Shown: positions 1 to 10,487 of the stretch, one piece after another
Layout: each line of letters starts with the position of its first letter
How positions within the stretch are numbered: the stretch's first letter is position 1
DNA from: Planctomycetota bacterium
Lineage (GTDB): Bacteria; Planctomycetota; UBA11346
NCBI GenBank assembly: GCA_038231435.1
Contig: JBBRLJ010000002.1
Coordinates: 96,001-160,000, forward strand
Reading direction: 5' to 3'
Length of the DNA: 64,000 nt
The notes under the pieces: generated by a model
Told to the model about the DNA's origin: nothing
The model's input: only the letters and a program-made list of their open reading frames with translations
Databases searched by the model: none
Made by a program: the position numbers and the translations under genes

Positions 1-231
1 AGCGCCCCGAACCGCAATAGTCATCAGGCTTGTCGGAGTGGTGGATCCCCACCCCGATCCCCGTGATCACCGGCGGCTTCACCAACGACAGCGCATGTCC
101 CATGGTGGAAATTTACCAGTGCCCACAGCTAGAGCAATCTCCCGCAATCCCCCTGGAAAACCGTACATGAGCGCGTCCGCCCACCCAGAGTCTCCGACTG
201 GGCCGAGCCCCCGCTTCTCCCCGCCTCCTGA

Positions 232-274
232 GGGCAGTGCAGAGCACGATGTTGGGGGGCCGAAGTCCCCCAAC
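232..274 (+). repeat. short structured intergenic element (copy E; related to 46831-46924)
   Basis: gggca-gtgc(aga)gcac-gat-gttggggggc-cgaag-tcccccaac; shares gggcag.gc.gagc.cgatgttgggggg...cccccaac with 46831-46924. Confidence 0.6.
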
Positions 275-288
275 TGAAAGCCTCCCAA

Positions 289-702
289 CTATACGTCGGG
301 GTACGAGAACGACACGTCCTGCACGATCTCCGGATGCAGGCTGAGCGCCACCGGGCAGGTGTGCGCGGCCTGCTCGAGCGACGCGCGGCGGGCGGTGGAA
401 ATGCCGGCGGCCATCGCGAAGCGCACCACGATGCGGTTGATGCGCCGTGGTGGCGAGGTGGTCATGTGCTTTTCCACATGGACGGTCGAGCCCTCGAGCA
501 CGGTGCCGTCCTTGCGGGCGTTGATGCCCATGATCGTCATCATGCAGGTCCCGAGTCCGGTCGCGATCAGATCGGTTGGCGAGAAGCTCTGGCCGCGTCC
601 GTGGTTGTCGGTGGGCGCATCAGTGACCAGTTGCGCGCCGCTCGGACCGTGGATGGCTCCGCAGCGCAGATCGCCGCGATAGGTGACGGTGAAGGGAGTC
701 AT
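289..702 (-). CDS. OsmC/YhfA family protein
   Basis: TDAP..NHGRG.SFSPTDL...LGTC and ..AAHTCPVALSL motifs with two conserved Cys; 137 aa. Confidence 0.92.
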   Translation of the reverse strand: MTPFTVTYRGDLRCGAIHGPSGAQLVTDAPTDNHGRGQSFSPTDLIATGLGTCMMTIMGINARKDGTVLEGSTVHVEKHMTTSPPRRINRIVVRFAMAAGISTARRASLEQAAHTCPVALSLHPEIVQDVSFSYPDV

Positions 703-714
703 GGCTGCATTCTA
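703..714 (-). promoter_or_regulatory. -10 box TAGAAT 6 nt upstream of osmC ATG (leaderless-type promoter)
   Basis: minus strand tagaat-gcagcc-ATG; no SD. Confidence 0.55.
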
Positions 715-734
715 CAGCCGGGCGGCGCCCGGCC

Positions 735-920
735 CAGGGGCTGCGCCCCTACGGGCTTTTATTCAGGGGCTTCGCCCCTACGGCCTGCGGCCTACCCCAC
801 GGGCTTGGTCGGGACTTTTTTTCGCCGGATGCCGGCGAAAAAATGGGCGGATGGGCTGCGCCCATTGTATCCGCCCACCGTCCCTCTGGCGCCCGCCCCA
901 TCGCAGGGCGATGGGGCCCC
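735..920 (-). repeat. structured intergenic repeat, copy A (with duplicated terminal hairpin at 735-756)
   Basis: 761-920 aligns to the reverse complement of 63425-63585 with compensatory stem changes; multiple hairpins. Confidence 0.85.
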
Positions 921-975
921 CGGGTTGACGCTGGGTGTGATGCGTCGCGTGTCGATAAGCGGTGTGAAAGTGTGA

Positions 976-1242
976 TCACTCGCCGGGTGGGTTGATTGCG
1001 GTGGGGTCGCCTTGCCAGCCGAAGACTGCGGCGAGGGTCAGCCAGGCGATAGCCTGGAGCACCAATGCGCGGTTCGTCCAGCGCCAACCAGAATCGGTTC
1101 CCGCGCACGAGGTCAGGGATCCCCACAACGCCGCTACCCACCATGCCGCGTGATGCTCGCTGACGAGCACCAGGGCGATGGCGGGCAGCTGCAGCGCCTC
1201 CACGATCGCCAGGCGCGTCCAACCCGAGATCGCGACGCCCAT
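976..1242 (-). CDS. small hydrophobic membrane protein (88 aa)
   Basis: ATG overlaps thiE stop (TGATG); about three hydrophobic Trp-rich segments. Confidence 0.65.
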   Translation of the reverse strand: MGVAISGWTRLAIVEALQLPAIALVLVSEHHAAWWVAALWGSLTSCAGTDSGWRWTNRALVLQAIAWLTLAAVFGWQGDPTAINPPGE

Positions 1243-2270
1243 CAGTGCTCTTCGGGCTCCAGGATCAGATGCAGCTCGGCGGCGGCGCGCTCGGGGTCCT
1301 TCGCGGTGCACAGGGCGCCGGCGACCGCCACGCCATGCAGGAGGCGAGGGCGCAGGGCGCGGATGCGATCGGCGTCCATCCCGCCGATGGCGTAGCTGGG
1401 AATGGCGAGCGTCCCGCGCAGGCGGTCGAGCAACTCAGGGCCGCGACATGGCTCGTGCGGCTTGGTGGTGGTCGCATGGATCGGGCCGAGGCCGAGGTAG
1501 TCGGCGCCGGCAGCGACCGCGGCGGATGCCTGCTCTGGCGTATGCGCGGACACGCCGACCGCACAGACCGGGCCGACCACGGCGCGCGCATCGCGCGGAT
1601 CCAGATCGTCCTGGCCCAGATGCAGGCCGGCGGCCCCGAGAGCGCGCGCCACCGCGACGTGGTCGTTGACGATGAACAGCGCTCCAGCCTTCGCCACCGC
1701 ATCCTGGACGCGTCGTGCCAGTTCGGCGTAAGCACGCGGCGACAGGCTCTTGGCACGCAGCTGCACCGCGCCGGCGCCGCCGCGCGCCACTGCCGCCGCG
1801 ACGGCAACTGGATCGGCGCACAGCGCGGTGTCGACCAGCGCGTAGAGGCGCACGCGGTGCAGGAGCCAGCCCGGAAGGCGGGACAGCAACGCGCTCTCGA
1901 GCTGGTAGGCGCGGTAGCGCGTGGCCTCGAATCCCGCGGTGGAAGCCGGATGGCACAGCCGCGCCGCCTCCTCGGCCGAACGCAGCGCCTCCTGCACGCG
2001 CGCGGCGTTCGCGCGCACCAGATCCACCAGACGCTCGCGCGCGGCATCGGGATTGGCGGTGGCGGCGCCGACATCGCCGCCCGCGTCACGTCCGGCGGCC
2101 ACGTCAACCGGCACCAGGCGGCGCACGTCGTGACGAAGCAGCTTCGCCATCTCGGCGATGCGCGCGTCGTCGATCAGGAAACGCGCCACGTCCTCGAGCG
2201 CGCGTAGGCCCTCGGCCGCCCGGTTGGCGTTGGCGTCGAGCATCCTGGAGGCGTCGCGTCCGGGGCTCAC
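1242..2270 (-). CDS. thiE: thiamine-phosphate synthase, long form with N-terminal helical extension
   Basis: RMLDANANRAAEGLRALED N-domain; VQLRAK, FIVND, HLGQDD, GVSAH, TTTK, AIGG motifs; start (GTG 2270) uncertain. Confidence 0.92.
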   Translation of the reverse strand: MSPGRDASRMLDANANRAAEGLRALEDVARFLIDDARIAEMAKLLRHDVRRLVPVDVAAGRDAGGDVGAATANPDAARERLVDLVRANAARVQEALRSAEEAARLCHPASTAGFEATRYRAYQLESALLSRLPGWLLHRVRLYALVDTALCADPVAVAAAVARGGAGAVQLRAKSLSPRAYAELARRVQDAVAKAGALFIVNDHVAVARALGAAGLHLGQDDLDPRDARAVVGPVCAVGVSAHTPEQASAAVAAGADYLGLGPIHATTTKPHEPCRGPELLDRLRGTLAIPSYAIGGMDADRIRALRPRLLHGVAVAGALCTAKDPERAAAELHLILEPEEH

Positions 2271-2307
2271 GTGGCGACCCGCTCGGCCGACAGCGACACG
2301 GCCAGGC

Positions 2308-4131
2308 TCACGTGCGTTCGCGCTGTTGCGCGTTGCCGCCGAGCGGTGTGCCGTCATCCGTACCGGGCCCGACCGGGACCAGCACCACCGATGATGGGCG
2401 GTTGGCCCAGGTGCGCAGCCGTGGCCACAGGTATTCGCGGGCCAGGATGCGGCAGCTGGCCGCGATCGGCACTGCCAGGATCAGCCCCAGGATGCCGAGC
2501 AGCTTCCCGCACAGCAGCAGCGCCACGATCAGCGTCACCGGATGGAGCTCGACCTCGCGGCCCATCACGGTCGGGATCAGCACCGCCTCGAGCACTTGGA
2601 CCAGCACGTAGACCACCACCACCAGCGTGGCGTGCAGCGCCGTGGCCTCGGGCTGGAGCATGGTCATCACCACCGCCGGCAGCAGGAAGAGGATGCCCGA
2701 GAGCGGCACGGTGGTGGCGAAACCGATCGCGAGCGCGAACAGGATCGAGTACGGCACGCTCACGGCACTGAACACGCCGATGGCGAAGAAGCCGATGCCG
2801 GCGGCGATCGAGCACAGCGTGCAGATGATCAGGCGGCCGCGGAAGAAGGCGGCCACTACCTGCTCGATGTCGCGGATGATGCGGATGGTCTGCTGGCGGC
2901 GGCGCAGCGGGATGTATTCGTGCACGCCGCGGCGGATCGCAGGCATCGCCAGCACCAGGAAGAAGGCATAGATCGGCACCAGGATGACGTTCAGCAGCAG
3001 GCCAAACCACGATTGCAGGTTGGTGAAGCCGGCCTTGGTCCAATCGCCGATGCGGGTGGGCGAATCGTGCAGCGAGCCTTTCACCGCGGTCTCGAGCTGG
3101 TTGACCAACGCCGCTAGGGTCTGCGTTCCCACCGAGCTGTCGCCGCCGCGCAACGCGACGATCAGGCGGCGGGCTCCTGGCTGACCCTGGTGGTCGGCGT
3201 CATCGAGCGCGGTCGCGAGCGCCTGCGCCTGCGCCCGCCGCTCGGCGGTCAGCGGCTTCTGCCAGGCATCGTGCACGCGCAGGACCAGCGGGTCGCTGCC
3301 CGATTCGGGGCCGAGGCGCGCCTGTGCCAGCGCGGTGAGCAGCTCGGCGTGGCGCTCGCTCTGCGCCGCGTCGGCGGCGCCGACCAGGGTCAGCCAGCGC
3401 TCGCGCAGGTCGGGCGCCACCTGGGCGCCTGCATCGGTGATCGACTGGGCGCTCGGCGAGGGCCAGCCGAACTCGCGTGATGCCGGATTCTTCACCTCGA
3501 CGTCGCTCGGCGTCGCGGGCCAGCGCTCGACCGATTCGCCCGCGGTGGCGACCTCGATCATGCGCCGCAGGTAGTCGCGGTACGGAGCGGTCTCAGCCGC
3601 GTATAGCGCCAGGTAGGACAACGAGGGATCATCGAAGGCCAGGTGCGCCTTCACCTTGATGCGATTCTGCCATTCCTCGAGCCGCACCAGCCCCGAGGCC
3701 ACGAGCCCGCGATCCCACACCTTGTTGCCGTTGCTGTCCTCGAACGGCTCGCCCGGATCGTAACGGTCGTTATGGTTCAGATCCTGGTAGGTCTCGCCCT
3801 GGAAGACGCGCCCGGTCAGCGCGCTCCCTTCATGGATCACCGCGGGCACCAGCAGGATCATGGTCAACGACACCACCAGCGAGACCACGGCGAAGAGCAT
3901 GCCCGCCGCGACGAAGCGCCGCACTCCACCCTGGCGCGCGATCGCATCGACGATGGGGGTGACCACGTAGGCGATGGCAAAGCCCACCGCCACCGGCATC
4001 AGCACTTCCTTGAGTGCCACCGCGATGGGCTCGGTGATCCACGCGGTCTCGCGCAGCGCGAAGGTGCACATCGCGATCGCGGTGGCGATCAGCAGCACGC
4101 GGATCCACGGATGCTCGAGGAGTTCCTTCAT
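2308..4131 (-). CDS. AI-2E (PerM) family transporter with large soluble insertion
   Basis: PVAVGFAIAYVVTPIVD and FFRGRLI...LHPVTLIVALL.G.LLGILGLILAVPIAA signatures; 607 aa. Confidence 0.88.
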   Translation of the reverse strand: MKELLEHPWIRVLLIATAIAMCTFALRETAWITEPIAVALKEVLMPVAVGFAIAYVVTPIVDAIARQGGVRRFVAAGMLFAVVSLVVSLTMILLVPAVIHEGSALTGRVFQGETYQDLNHNDRYDPGEPFEDSNGNKVWDRGLVASGLVRLEEWQNRIKVKAHLAFDDPSLSYLALYAAETAPYRDYLRRMIEVATAGESVERWPATPSDVEVKNPASREFGWPSPSAQSITDAGAQVAPDLRERWLTLVGAADAAQSERHAELLTALAQARLGPESGSDPLVLRVHDAWQKPLTAERRAQAQALATALDDADHQGQPGARRLIVALRGGDSSVGTQTLAALVNQLETAVKGSLHDSPTRIGDWTKAGFTNLQSWFGLLLNVILVPIYAFFLVLAMPAIRRGVHEYIPLRRRQQTIRIIRDIEQVVAAFFRGRLIICTLCSIAAGIGFFAIGVFSAVSVPYSILFALAIGFATTVPLSGILFLLPAVVMTMLQPEATALHATLVVVVYVLVQVLEAVLIPTVMGREVELHPVTLIVALLLCGKLLGILGLILAVPIAASCRILAREYLWPRLRTWANRPSSVVLVPVGPGTDDGTPLGGNAQQRERT

Positions 4132-4206
4132 CCGCGGGGAATACTAGGGGCGGAGCGCGATAGACAAAGACCGTCCGTCGTCGGGACGGCCGGGTCCGTC
4201 CTCCGC

Positions 4207-4596
4207 CTATTCCGTCATCACCCGCTGGTGCACGCGCTGGGCGAGCGCGGGGCCGAAGGCCGGGCCTTCGACGAAATCCTCGATGCGGTCGTCGGGCTGT
4301 TTCGAGAAGACGCCATGATCGATCAGCGTCCAGGTGATGTCGCCGATATCCTCGGGACAGCGCAGGCCCCAATTGCGCAGCACCAGTTCGGCGAGCAGGC
4401 CGAAGCGATCGGCGGCGAGATCGAGCGTGCCCTCGACCAGCTCACGCGCGCACAGGTGCCGATCCGATCCGCTGCGCCCGCGCTTGCCGAGCCGCCGAGC
4501 CGCGTGGCACAGGCCCTGGCTCACGAAGCTGAAGGCCTCGGCGTCGTAGCGGCCGCTCTGACGAGCGAGCTTCTGCAAGTTCGGGATCCTAGCCAT
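4207..4596 (-). CDS. Minf_1886 family protein (PVC-type)
   Basis: RYDAEAFSFV..GL, RHL..REL, RFGLLA..VL..WG...EDIG, DDRIEDF motifs. Confidence 0.85.
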   Translation of the reverse strand: MARIPNLQKLARQSGRYDAEAFSFVSQGLCHAARRLGKRGRSGSDRHLCARELVEGTLDLAADRFGLLAELVLRNWGLRCPEDIGDITWTLIDHGVFSKQPDDRIEDFVEGPAFGPALAQRVHQRVMTE

Positions 4597-4832
4597 GGGG
4601 GCGATTGTGGGCAGCGCCACTGCGGCCGACAAGAGGGATTCCGCAGGAGGGGCTACGTCGTGCGAGCACGCGTTCAGCAACGCCGCTCGACAATCCGATT
4701 GACTTGCCGTCACCCCAGCCTCCTCTGTAAAGCTCGGATCCGGCCGCCGACACGCACCGTTACCCGAAGAGGTTTGAGCCCGCGTCGGATATCTCACCGC
4801 GCACTCGCTTTACGGCATCGTACCCAGAGCGG

Positions 4833-6782
<1,950 letters not shown>

Positions 6783-7027
6783 GTGCTCCTCGCGGGCCGC
6801 GGCGCGCAAAGCCGCGGTCCGACGCAAAAAAGTCTACTCCACGGACTATGCGGCGCTCGTCGAGGGGTCAACCACAGGGCTCACCGTCATCGCGTGGTAC
6901 GAGCCCTCTGCTCGGATGCTTCGCATCGCGCCGCTCGGTCGCGCAGCTCCGCCGGCCACCGCCCGAACGCCGAAAACGCTTGGAGCTACCGTATGCCGGT
7001 ACAAGATGCCTGGTTCAGGATCCGAAC

Positions 7028-7759
7028 ATGAACTCCAATATCGCCGCCCTGCTCGACCTGCAGGTGATCGACAAGAGGCGTCAGACGCTCAAGCACGTTC
7101 GCGATGGCCGCAAGACGAAATTCGGCGATGCGGAGAAGGCCTGGAAGTCCGCTGAGAGTTCCGCCCAGACCTCGAATCAGGAATCCGAGAAGCTCAACGC
7201 CCTGATCCGGCAATACACCGCCGACTCCGCGCGTTGCGACGCCACCATCGCCGATCTCAGATCGAAGCAGATGGGCGCGAAGACCAACAAGGATTACATG
7301 GCGATCATCAACGGCATCGAGGCCGCGAAGGTCGAGAAGGGCATGCGCGAGGCCAGCATCAAGGAGGTCACCGCGCGGCTCGAGGCCCTGAAGGACAAGG
7401 CCGCGAAGATGACCGAGCAGGCCACCAAGCTCAAGGCCGACTACGAGCAGCTGATCGGCGGCGCCGGCGGCGCCGAGCAGACCACGCCCGAGGAGCAGGA
7501 GATCGAGCGCGAGTACAGCCAGCGCAAGGCGCAGGTCGATCCCGCCTTCCTCGAAGTCTACGAGCGCCTGGTCAAGGCCCGCCATCCGATGCCGCTGGCG
7601 AAGGTCGACCCCAACAGCCGCGCCACCCCGATGGGCATCCTCATCAGCCACAACCAGATCGAGCAGATCCGTATGGGCAAGCTGGTGGTGTGCCGCAATT
7701 CCAACAGCATCCTGTACATCGCCGAGACGGCGAAATCCGGAGCCGACAGCAAGGGCTGA
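7028..7759 (+). CDS. CT398/DUF164-like coiled-coil protein with degenerate C4 zinc ribbon
   Basis: LLDLQVID N-terminus, long coiled coil with KTNKDY, YERL and C-terminal ..C.N..ILY. Confidence 0.8.
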   Translation: MNSNIAALLDLQVIDKRRQTLKHVRDGRKTKFGDAEKAWKSAESSAQTSNQESEKLNALIRQYTADSARCDATIADLRSKQMGAKTNKDYMAIINGIEAAKVEKGMREASIKEVTARLEALKDKAAKMTEQATKLKADYEQLIGGAGGAEQTTPEEQEIEREYSQRKAQVDPAFLEVYERLVKARHPMPLAKVDPNSRATPMGILISHNQIEQIRMGKLVVCRNSNSILYIAETAKSGADSKG

Positions 7760-7787
7760 GCTCCGGCGCCGCGGCTGAGGGCACCCC

Positions 7788-9476
7788 ATGGCCATGCTCC
7801 CCGCTCAGCTCCTCAACGCCATCGCGACCATCGTCGCGCTCGCGCTCGCGCCCACGCTGCGGGCAGGCGACGCACCACCGGCGACCGATCCGACTCCCGC
7901 CGCGAACGCCTGGAAGCTCGCGCTGCAGCCGCCCTCCGATGCGTGGAAGCGCTCCCCGCAGGAGCTGGTGTTCAACAACGAGGCGGAACCGCAGACCCTC
8001 GATCCGGCGATCATGAAGGGCGTGCTCGAGGCGCGCCTCGCACTCGCGCTCTTCGAAGGCCTGGTCACCTACGATCCGCGCACCCTCGAGCCGCGCCCGG
8101 GCATGGCCTCGTCGTGGGAGATCTCCCCCGATCGCCTGGTCTATACCTTCACGCTGCGGCCCGACGCCGCCTGGAGCGACGGTTCGCCGCTGACTTCCAA
8201 CGACTTCATGCGCTCGTGGAAGCGCGCGCTCGAGGCCAAGACCGGGGCCGAATACGCCTACCAGCTCTACCCGATCGCCGGCGCCGAGGACTTCCACGAC
8301 GGCAAGCTCGCGGACTTCGCCAAGGTCGGCGTCGAGGCCCCGGACGCGCGCACCCTGCGCGTGCGCCTGCGCGCGGCCTGCCCGTACTTCCTCGACCTGG
8401 TCGCCTTCCAGACCCTGATGCCGGTGCCGATGGACGTGGTCGAGAAGCACGGCGACCGCTGGGTGCTGCCCGAGCACATCGTCTCGAACGGCCCCTACAT
8501 CCTCAGCTCGTGGAATCGCGGGCAGGAGATCACCTTCACGCCGAATCCGCATTACTGGGACCGCGCCCAGGTGCGCATCACCAGGATCGTGGCGCGGCCG
8601 TACGACAACCAGGACACCGCCTACGCGCTGTTCCTCGACGGCAAGCTCGACTGGATCCCCGGCATCCCCGTCGCGAAGATCGACGAGATCAAGCGCAACC
8701 CAGACTACTACGCCTTCCCGTACCTCGGCGCGGGATTCTACCGCTTCAATTGCACCAGGCCGCCGTTCAACGACGCGCGCGTGCGCAAGGCGTTCTCAAT
8801 CGCGATCGACCGCCGCACCATCACCGAACACGTGCTCAAGGCCGGAGAGATCCCGGCCACCTGGCTGGTGCCGGACATCGGGCCCGAGGCCGGCGGCTAC
8901 CGTCACGTCGCGGGCGTGCCCTCCGATCGCGAGCAGGCGCGCGCGCTGCTCGCAGCCTGCGGCTATGCGGCTCCCGGCCACTCCGGTGGCAAGCCGTTCC
9001 CGCGGATCGAGCTGCTGTTCAACACCAGCGAGAACAACAAGCAGGTCGCCGAGGCGGTGGTCAGCCAGTGGAAGGACGCGCTCGGAGTCGAGGTGACGCT
9101 GCGCAACACCGAGTGGAAGACCTACCTGTCGGACATGGACCGCATCGCATTCGACATCTGCCGCTCGTCGTGGGTCGGCGACTACAACGACGCCAACACC
9201 TACCTCGACATGTGGGTCACCGACGGGGGCAACAACCGCACCGGCTGGTCGAACAAGGACTACGATCGCCTGGTCGGCGAGTCCCAGCGCGAGGGCGACA
9301 CCGCCAAGCGCCTGGCGATCCTGCAGCGCCTCGAGCGCATGCTGGTCGAGGAGGAGTTCCCGATCATGCCGATCTACATCTACGTCAACAAGGGCATGCT
9401 GAAGGAGAAGGTCCGCGGCTGGCACGAGAACGTGCGGGATCTGCATCCGTACCAGTACATGTGGATCGAGAATTGA
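7788..9476 (+). CDS. oppA: oligopeptide ABC transporter substrate-binding protein
   Basis: signal peptide; EPQTLDP, LFEGL, YTFTLR..A.WSDG, SNGPY, WVGDYND motifs. Confidence 0.93.
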   Translation: MAMLPAQLLNAIATIVALALAPTLRAGDAPPATDPTPAANAWKLALQPPSDAWKRSPQELVFNNEAEPQTLDPAIMKGVLEARLALALFEGLVTYDPRTLEPRPGMASSWEISPDRLVYTFTLRPDAAWSDGSPLTSNDFMRSWKRALEAKTGAEYAYQLYPIAGAEDFHDGKLADFAKVGVEAPDARTLRVRLRAACPYFLDLVAFQTLMPVPMDVVEKHGDRWVLPEHIVSNGPYILSSWNRGQEITFTPNPHYWDRAQVRITRIVARPYDNQDTAYALFLDGKLDWIPGIPVAKIDEIKRNPDYYAFPYLGAGFYRFNCTRPPFNDARVRKAFSIAIDRRTITEHVLKAGEIPATWLVPDIGPEAGGYRHVAGVPSDREQARALLAACGYAAPGHSGGKPFPRIELLFNTSENNKQVAEAVVSQWKDALGVEVTLRNTEWKTYLSDMDRIAFDICRSSWVGDYNDANTYLDMWVTDGGNNRTGWSNKDYDRLVGESQREGDTAKRLAILQRLERMLVEEEFPIMPIYIYVNKGMLKEKVRGWHENVRDLHPYQYMWIEN

Positions 9477-9560
9477 CGGAGGATCCTTCGTCGGGGCTGG
9501 GCCGTCCCACGTCCTTTGCCCCTTTCCGCGTCAAGTGACCTGGGCACGCTGAGCGGGCCG

Positions 9561-10487
9561 ATGCTAGCCTACATCCTGCGCCGCCTGCTGATGGCGCCCC
9601 TGGTGCTGCTGGTGCTCGCCACGATCTCGTTCGTGATGATGCACGCCGCGCCTGGCGGTCCCTTCGACGCCGAGCGCAAGATCGACCCCGAGACCGAGCG
9701 CGCGCTGCGCGAGAAGTACCACCTCGACGAGTCGCCGCCGCGGCAGTACCTGCGCTTCCTGGGCGACCTCGCGCGCGGCGATCTCGGCCCGTCGTTCATC
9801 CACAAGACCCAGACCGTCAACGAGATCATCGCGGACAAGCTGCCGACCTCGCTGTTCCTCGGCGCGGTCGCGCTGCTGCTCGCCCTGGCGATCGGCCTGC
9901 CAGCCGGCGTGCTCGGAGCGGTCGCGCAGGGTTCGGTGTGGGACCGCTCGACCATGGTGCTGTGCACGCTGGGCCTGAGCATCCCGCCGTTCGTGATCGG
10001 GCCGATGCTCGCACTGCTGTTCGGCCTCTATCTCGGCTGGCTGCCGGTGGCCGAATACAAGGGCGCGAGCGCACCGTCGTACCTGGTGCTGCCGGCGCTG
10101 ACCCTGGCCATTCCATTCGCCGCGCGCATCGCCCGCCTCGGCCGCGCGGGACTGCTCGAGGTCATCAACGCCGACCACGTGCGCAGCGCGCGCGCCAAGG
10201 GCGCGAGCGAGATCGCGGTGGTACTCAAGCACGCCCTGCCGGCCGGCATGTTGCCGGTGATCGGCTTTCTCGGTCCCGCCGTGGCGTACCTGCTCACCGG
10301 ATCGCTGGTGATCGAGAAGATCTTCCAGATCCCCGGCCTCGGCCGCGAGTTCGTCGAGAGCGCGACCAACCGCGACTACACCCTGGTGATGGGCACGGTG
10401 CTGGTCTACGGCGCGATCGTGCTGGCGTGCAACCTGCTCGCCGACCTCGCGCTCGGGGTGGTCGATCCGCGCGTGAGGCAGCGATGA
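9561..10487 (+). CDS. oppB: oligopeptide ABC transporter permease
   Basis: YILRRLL, APGGPF, GDLGPS, ARAKG EAA loop, NRDY, DPR end. Confidence 0.93.
   Translation: MLAYILRRLLMAPLVLLVLATISFVMMHAAPGGPFDAERKIDPETERALREKYHLDESPPRQYLRFLGDLARGDLGPSFIHKTQTVNEIIADKLPTSLFLGAVALLLALAIGLPAGVLGAVAQGSVWDRSTMVLCTLGLSIPPFVIGPMLALLFGLYLGWLPVAEYKGASAPSYLVLPALTLAIPFAARIARLGRAGLLEVINADHVRSARAKGASEIAVVLKHALPAGMLPVIGFLGPAVAYLLTGSLVIEKIFQIPGLGREFVESATNRDYTLVMGTVLVYGAIVLACNLLADLALGVVDPRVRQR

Noticed and set aside
1..103. Minus-strand open frame MGHALSLVKPPVITGIG... running off the left edge
   Set aside because: Only 34 codons visible and no motif; cannot be supported without upstream sequence.
761..920. Interpreting the repeat copies as a CRISPR array, tRNA or plain rho-independent terminators
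   Set aside because: Copies are dispersed and non-tandem with no spacers, no cloverleaf T/D motifs, and conserved multi-stem structure beyond a single hairpin-U tract.
4600..4830. Intergenic stretch with TTGACT and short inverted repeats (gtaaagc/gctttac, ccgac/gtcgg); considered as a 6S-like or other ncRNA
   Set aside because: Pairing is patchy and no conserved family motif was recognised; needs an Rfam scan.
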